NCBI GenBank assembly: GCA_947085185.1
Contig: CAMTVK010000007.1
Span: 76,191 to 140,190 of the forward strand
Reading direction: 5' to 3'
Length of the DNA stretch: 64,000 nucleotides
Origin: Candidatus Fraserbacteria bacterium
GTDB lineage: Bacteria; Bipolaricaulota; Bipolaricaulia; RBG-16-55-9; DRXL01
Shown: positions 60,131-64,000 of the stretch, piece after piece
Layout of the letters: each line of letters begins with the position of its first letter
Position numbering within the stretch: the stretch's first letter is position 1
Position numbers and translations under genes: made by a program
Notes under the pieces: generated by a model
Database searches by the model: none
What the model was told of the DNA's origin: nothing
Seen by the model: only the letters and a program-made list of their open reading frames with translations

Positions 60131-60796
60131 ATGAAGCACACTTCACACCCCGATGACGCCCACGGGCCTTACAGCGCCAGCGAAGAGATCGTCCACAGCC
60201 TCACGCACGGCATCGGGACCGGCTTGAGCGTGATCGGCGGCATCGCGCTGATCGTCTTAGCTGCGCTGTATGGGGACATCTGGCGCATCGTGAGTTTCAG
60301 CATCTACAGCATCACGCTCGTTATCCTGTATCTTGCTTCGACGCTGTATCATAGCGCGCGCGATCCTCACCTCAAGCAAGCCTTGAAGATCCTCGATCAC
60401 GCGTGTATCTATCTCTTGATTGCTGGGACGTATACGCCCTTTCTGTTGGTGAGCTTACGTGGCCCGTGGGGCTGGACGCTGCTGGGGGTCATCTGGGTGC
60501 TGGCGTTGGTGGGCATTATTTTTAAGATCGTTTCGGCTCAGCGGTTTCGTCGCTTCTTCGTGCTCGGGTATCTGCTGATGGGCTGGTTGGCTGTCATAGC
60601 AGGGCGCGAGCTCTTAGCGCGTGTGCCGACAGAGGGGCTCTTCTGGCTCATAGTAGGTGGAGTGCTCTACACCGTGGGTGTGCTCTTCTATGCGTGGCGC
60701 AAACTCCCCTTTAGCCACGCGATCTGGCACCTCTTCGTGTTAGGCGGCAGTCTCTGTCATTATCTTGCAGTGCTCTCGCTGGTGCCGAAAGCTTGA
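60131..60796 (+). CDS. Hemolysin III / PAQR family membrane protein
   Basis: STLYH, DHACIYLLIAGTYTP, HAIWHLFV. Confidence 0.93.
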   Translation: MKHTSHPDDAHGPYSASEEIVHSLTHGIGTGLSVIGGIALIVLAALYGDIWRIVSFSIYSITLVILYLASTLYHSARDPHLKQALKILDHACIYLLIAGTYTPFLLVSLRGPWGWTLLGVIWVLALVGIIFKIVSAQRFRRFFVLGYLLMGWLAVIAGRELLARVPTEGLFWLIVGGVLYTVGVLFYAWRKLPFSHAIWHLFVLGGSLCHYLAVLSLVPKA

Positions 60797-60827
60797 CGGT
60801 CCCCCTGAGGCGGAGTATGCTAAAGAT

Positions 60828-63488
60828 ATGGCCGATCGTATGCTCTTGATTGACGCGAGTTCGCTCATCTATCCCGCGTTTCACGTCATGGGCAATCTGA
60901 AGACGAGCGCCGGCTTTCCCACAGGGGCCATCTATGGGTACGCCCGCACGCTCTTTATGCTCTTGCGGGAGTACCCGTCGCCGTATATCGCCGTAGCGTT
61001 TGACAGTCGTGGGCCCACGCACCGACATCACATCTTTGCAGAGTACAAAGCGCACCGTCCGGCGATGGACGAGGCCCTCGCCATGCAGATCCCAAAAATA
61101 AAAGAGCTGACGGACGCGCTGAAGTTAAAGAGATTGGAGCAACCGGGCTACGAAGCCGACGATATCATCGCGTTGCTGGTGCCGCTGGCCAAAGCTGCGG
61201 GGCTGGAAGTCCTGATCGTCAGCGGCGACAAAGACTTATTACAGCTTGTTGGCGATGGTGTGCAGGTGCTCAAGCCGGGGCGTGACGTCACAAAAGACTT
61301 AAAAATTCTCGATTCTGAAGGAGTGCGCGAGTACTTGGGCGTGCGCCCCACCCAAGTGATGGACTTTCTCGCGCTCGTTGGGGACAGCTCCGATAACGTT
61401 CCGGGGGTGCCGGGGATCGGCGAGAAGACTGCACAGAAGCTTTTGAGCGAGTTTGGCTCGCTTGAGACGCTCTTAGAGAATCTCGACCGAGTCGAGCCTA
61501 AGAAGCTCCGTGAGAAGCTCAAAAGCTTTCAAGAGCAAGCGCTGCTCAGCCGGGAGCTGGTCAAGCTAACGCCGCCGCCGCTGGCGATCTCTTTGGAGGA
61601 GTGTCGGGCGCAATCTCCCGATGTGGAGCGTCTGCGGGTGCTCTTAGAGGAGCTCGAGTTTCGGAGCTTACTGAGGGACCTTTCCCCTCACCCGGGGAGA
61701 GGAGCCGGGGGTGAGGGTGGAACTGGAGGGGCAGGTCTTCACACTGAAATCATTCTCACAGAAAGCCAGCTCGACGCGCTGCTTGAGAAGCTTAGGGGCG
61801 CTCCAGAGATCTCCCTCGATACCGAGACGACCAGCGAAGACGCGATGACCGCTGAGCTTGTCGGGCTCTCGCTCGCTGTTGAGCCCGGAGGGGGCTTTTA
61901 TATCCCCGTGGCGCACGAGTATCTTGGCGCGCCTCAGCAGCTTGCTCGTGATCTTGTGCTGGCTCGGCTCCAGAGCATTCTTGAGACCAAGCCTATCCTA
62001 GGGCAGAACCTCAAGTACGATGCCAAAGTGCTCAAACGTGCCGGGATCGAGCTCAAGAATCTCGTCTTCGACTCGATGCTCGCGGCGTATCTGCTCGATC
62101 CGGAGGGTCGCAAAGATCTGAACGAGCTGGCGCGGCGCTATCTGGGGCACAGCGTGATGGATTTCTCTGAGCTTGGGGCGGAACGTATAGATATCGTGCC
62201 GGTGGAGCAAGCCGCGGCATATTCGGTTGCCGACGCTGAAGTCGTGATCCGACTCAAAGAGAAGATGGTGCCGGAGCTGCGCTCCAGAAACCAAGAAAAA
62301 TTGTTTTATGAGCTCGAGCTGCCCTTAGTGCACGTGCTCATCGAGATGGAGCTGAACGGGATTTTGTTGGACAAAGAAGTCTTACGCGAACAAGCCAAAG
62401 AGCTAGAAACGCTCGCGACGCAGCTGTTGCAAGATATCTTTCACGTAGCTGGGCAAGATTTTAATCCCAACTCCCCCAAGCAAGTCGCGCATATTCTCTT
62501 TGAGAGGCTCAAGCTGCCCGTGCTGCGCAAGACCAAGACCGGCCCCTCTACTGATGCGTATGTCCTGCAAGAGCTCGCGGGGATCCATCCCCTCCCTGAG
62601 AAGCTCTTAGCATATCGGGAGCTTGAGAAGCTGTTGAGCACTTATGTCAAGAAGCTCCCAGAGTATATCAATCCTCAGACGGGCCGGGTGCACACGACGT
62701 TCCAGCAGCACGTCACTGTAACAGGCAGACTCAGCTCGACCGACCCGAATTTACAGAACATCCCAGTGCGCACCGAGCTGGGCGGACAGATCCGAAAAGC
62801 ATTTGTCGCACCGCCGGGACGGGTGCTCATCGGGGCAGACTACTCTCAGATCGAGCTGCGGGTCTTGGCGCATCTTTCGGAAGATCCGGGGCTGATTGGG
62901 GCATTCGAGCGCGACGAGGACATCCACGCCCGCACCGCCGCAACGATCTTCAATATCTCTTTAGAGAGCGTAGGGCCGCGGGAGCGCCGCATCGCCAAGA
63001 TGATCAACTTTGGGCTTTCTTATGGGATGACCGGCTATGGGCTGGCGCAGCGCACGGGGCTGTCGCGCTCCGAAGCCGAGCGATTTATCAAAAATTATTT
63101 CGAGAGATACCCAGGGGTGCAGGCGTATATGGAGCGTGTCGTGCAAGAAGCTGACGAGAAGGGCTATTTGGAGACGCTCCTGGGACGGCGACGGTATTTC
63201 CCAGAGCTGTCCAGCCATGCCAAGCGCGAAGCGATCAACTTTCCCGTGCAAGGGACGGCTGCTGATATTATGAAGCTCGCCATGCTGCGCGTCTACGAGA
63301 AGATCAAAGTGGGAACAATCAGAGCTGATATGCTCTTGCAGATCCACGACGAGCTGATCTTTGAGGCCGACGCTATAGAAGCCGAGCGTGCTGCCCAGAT
63401 CATCAAACAGACTATGGAAGAAGCGTTTCAGCTGCGCGTGCCCTTGAAGGTCGAGGCGCGCATCGGAGCCAACTGGGGCGAGATATAG
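60828..63488 (+). CDS. polA: DNA polymerase I
   Basis: EADD, GDSSDN, DTETT, TGRLSS, DYSQIELR, QIHDEL; start placed 6 nt after TTGACG-17-TATGCT. Confidence 0.97.
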   Translation: MADRMLLIDASSLIYPAFHVMGNLKTSAGFPTGAIYGYARTLFMLLREYPSPYIAVAFDSRGPTHRHHIFAEYKAHRPAMDEALAMQIPKIKELTDALKLKRLEQPGYEADDIIALLVPLAKAAGLEVLIVSGDKDLLQLVGDGVQVLKPGRDVTKDLKILDSEGVREYLGVRPTQVMDFLALVGDSSDNVPGVPGIGEKTAQKLLSEFGSLETLLENLDRVEPKKLREKLKSFQEQALLSRELVKLTPPPLAISLEECRAQSPDVERLRVLLEELEFRSLLRDLSPHPGRGAGGEGGTGGAGLHTEIILTESQLDALLEKLRGAPEISLDTETTSEDAMTAELVGLSLAVEPGGGFYIPVAHEYLGAPQQLARDLVLARLQSILETKPILGQNLKYDAKVLKRAGIELKNLVFDSMLAAYLLDPEGRKDLNELARRYLGHSVMDFSELGAERIDIVPVEQAAAYSVADAEVVIRLKEKMVPELRSRNQEKLFYELELPLVHVLIEMELNGILLDKEVLREQAKELETLATQLLQDIFHVAGQDFNPNSPKQVAHILFERLKLPVLRKTKTGPSTDAYVLQELAGIHPLPEKLLAYRELEKLLSTYVKKLPEYINPQTGRVHTTFQQHVTVTGRLSSTDPNLQNIPVRTELGGQIRKAFVAPPGRVLIGADYSQIELRVLAHLSEDPGLIGAFERDEDIHARTAATIFNISLESVGPRERRIAKMINFGLSYGMTGYGLAQRTGLSRSEAERFIKNYFERYPGVQAYMERVVQEADEKGYLETLLGRRRYFPELSSHAKREAINFPVQGTAADIMKLAMLRVYEKIKVGTIRADMLLQIHDELIFEADAIEAERAAQIIKQTMEEAFQLRVPLKVEARIGANWGEI

Positions 63489-63510
63489 AGAGTCTAAGAG
63501 CCTATGGAGT

Positions 63511-63816
63511 CTAGGGCCGGAGTCTGTCTAAGATGATCCGGACGATGATGAGCAGCCACCCTAGACCAACTATCCCATAGATGGCTTTCTTGAGGGCTTC
63601 GAAGATCCCGATGAGCACGAGCACGATCGTGAGCAGGGCTAAGTACCCAATGGGGTCAACGAGCCCCTCGGAGATGAGATCAGGGACGATTCTATTGACC
63701 AGCCCCACGATGAGCTGGCCTAGCCAGTGCGCGATCGTCGAGAGAAACGTCAGGGCTTGATCGAGCCAGCTGCGTTCTGGTTGTGGTGGGACGTGCACGC
63801 CGTTCAGATTCTCCAT
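63511..63816 (-). CDS. Hypothetical membrane protein
   Basis: 101 aa hydrophobic ORF with TG-n-TAAAAT upstream. Confidence 0.7.
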   Translation of the reverse strand: MENLNGVHVPPQPERSWLDQALTFLSTIAHWLGQLIVGLVNRIVPDLISEGLVDPIGYLALLTIVLVLIGIFEALKKAIYGIVGLGWLLIIVRIILDRLRP

Positions 63817-63862
63817 AAAAAGAATTTTAGCACTCTTTTGGGAGCCAGGGCAAATGGGCCGA

Positions 63863-64000
63863 GTTGACTCATTGAAACTGTTACCGAAAGGGTCATCGAT
63901 TCCTCATAAACTTGGTTACCAAAAGGAGGAACCGATGACCCAAGCCAGTATAGCCGAGCTGGTGGAGTCCTGGCGACCTAGGTATCTTCGCGCCAGCCGA
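63863..64000 (+). mobile_element. Probable left end of an IS-like element; transposase starts at 63935 (truncated by window)
   Basis: AAGGAGG plus MTQASIAELVESWRPRYLRASR resembles N-termini of integrase-core transposases; putative end GTTGACTCATTGAAACTGTTACCGA; RBS-sequestering stem. Confidence 0.55.

Noticed and set aside
1..64000. tRNA, rRNA or prophage genes
   Set aside because: None recognised by eye; a covariance search would be needed to exclude small RNAs

Overview
GC-rich bacterial chromosomal segment; a Thermotoga/Thermus-like beta-prime subunit and Thermotoga-type peptide transporter parts suggest a deep-branching lineage such as Bipolaricaulota/Acetothermia (inference only). From left to right: a Zur-regulated znuABC operon; an archaeal-type AbrB-PhoU regulator; and a DUF499/DUF1156/SNF2 restriction-like defence island. 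Its methyltransferase gene is split in two by one intact and one decayed MNT-HEPN toxin-antitoxin pair and carries three in-frame REP-like palindromes. Housekeeping genes follow (ndk, a stand-alone rpoC with no rpoB upstream, rdgB, oppDF, secG, rqcH), then a strong oriC candidate at about 30.05-30.35 kb with 12 DnaA boxes and two opposed DnaA-trio tracts, with no dnaA in the window. A cell-surface locus of about 20 kb (32-52.7 kb) encodes cohesin/dockerin/PKD proteins with T9SS-like C-terminal sorting domains, two cohesin-anchor plus PorV-like barrel gene pairs, and four signal-peptide RTX-repeat paralogs sharing a C-terminal domain I do not recognise. It is interrupted by a hairpin-delimited array of TA and small-gene cassettes. 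The window ends with vapBC, murJ, rplI, folP, ruvC, polA and the start of an IS-like transposase. The best candidates for an undescribed system are the non-cellulosomal cohesin-dockerin/CTD/PorV surface assembly and the TA-interrupted two-chain methyltransferase. Domain calls come from motif recognition by eye, not database searches.
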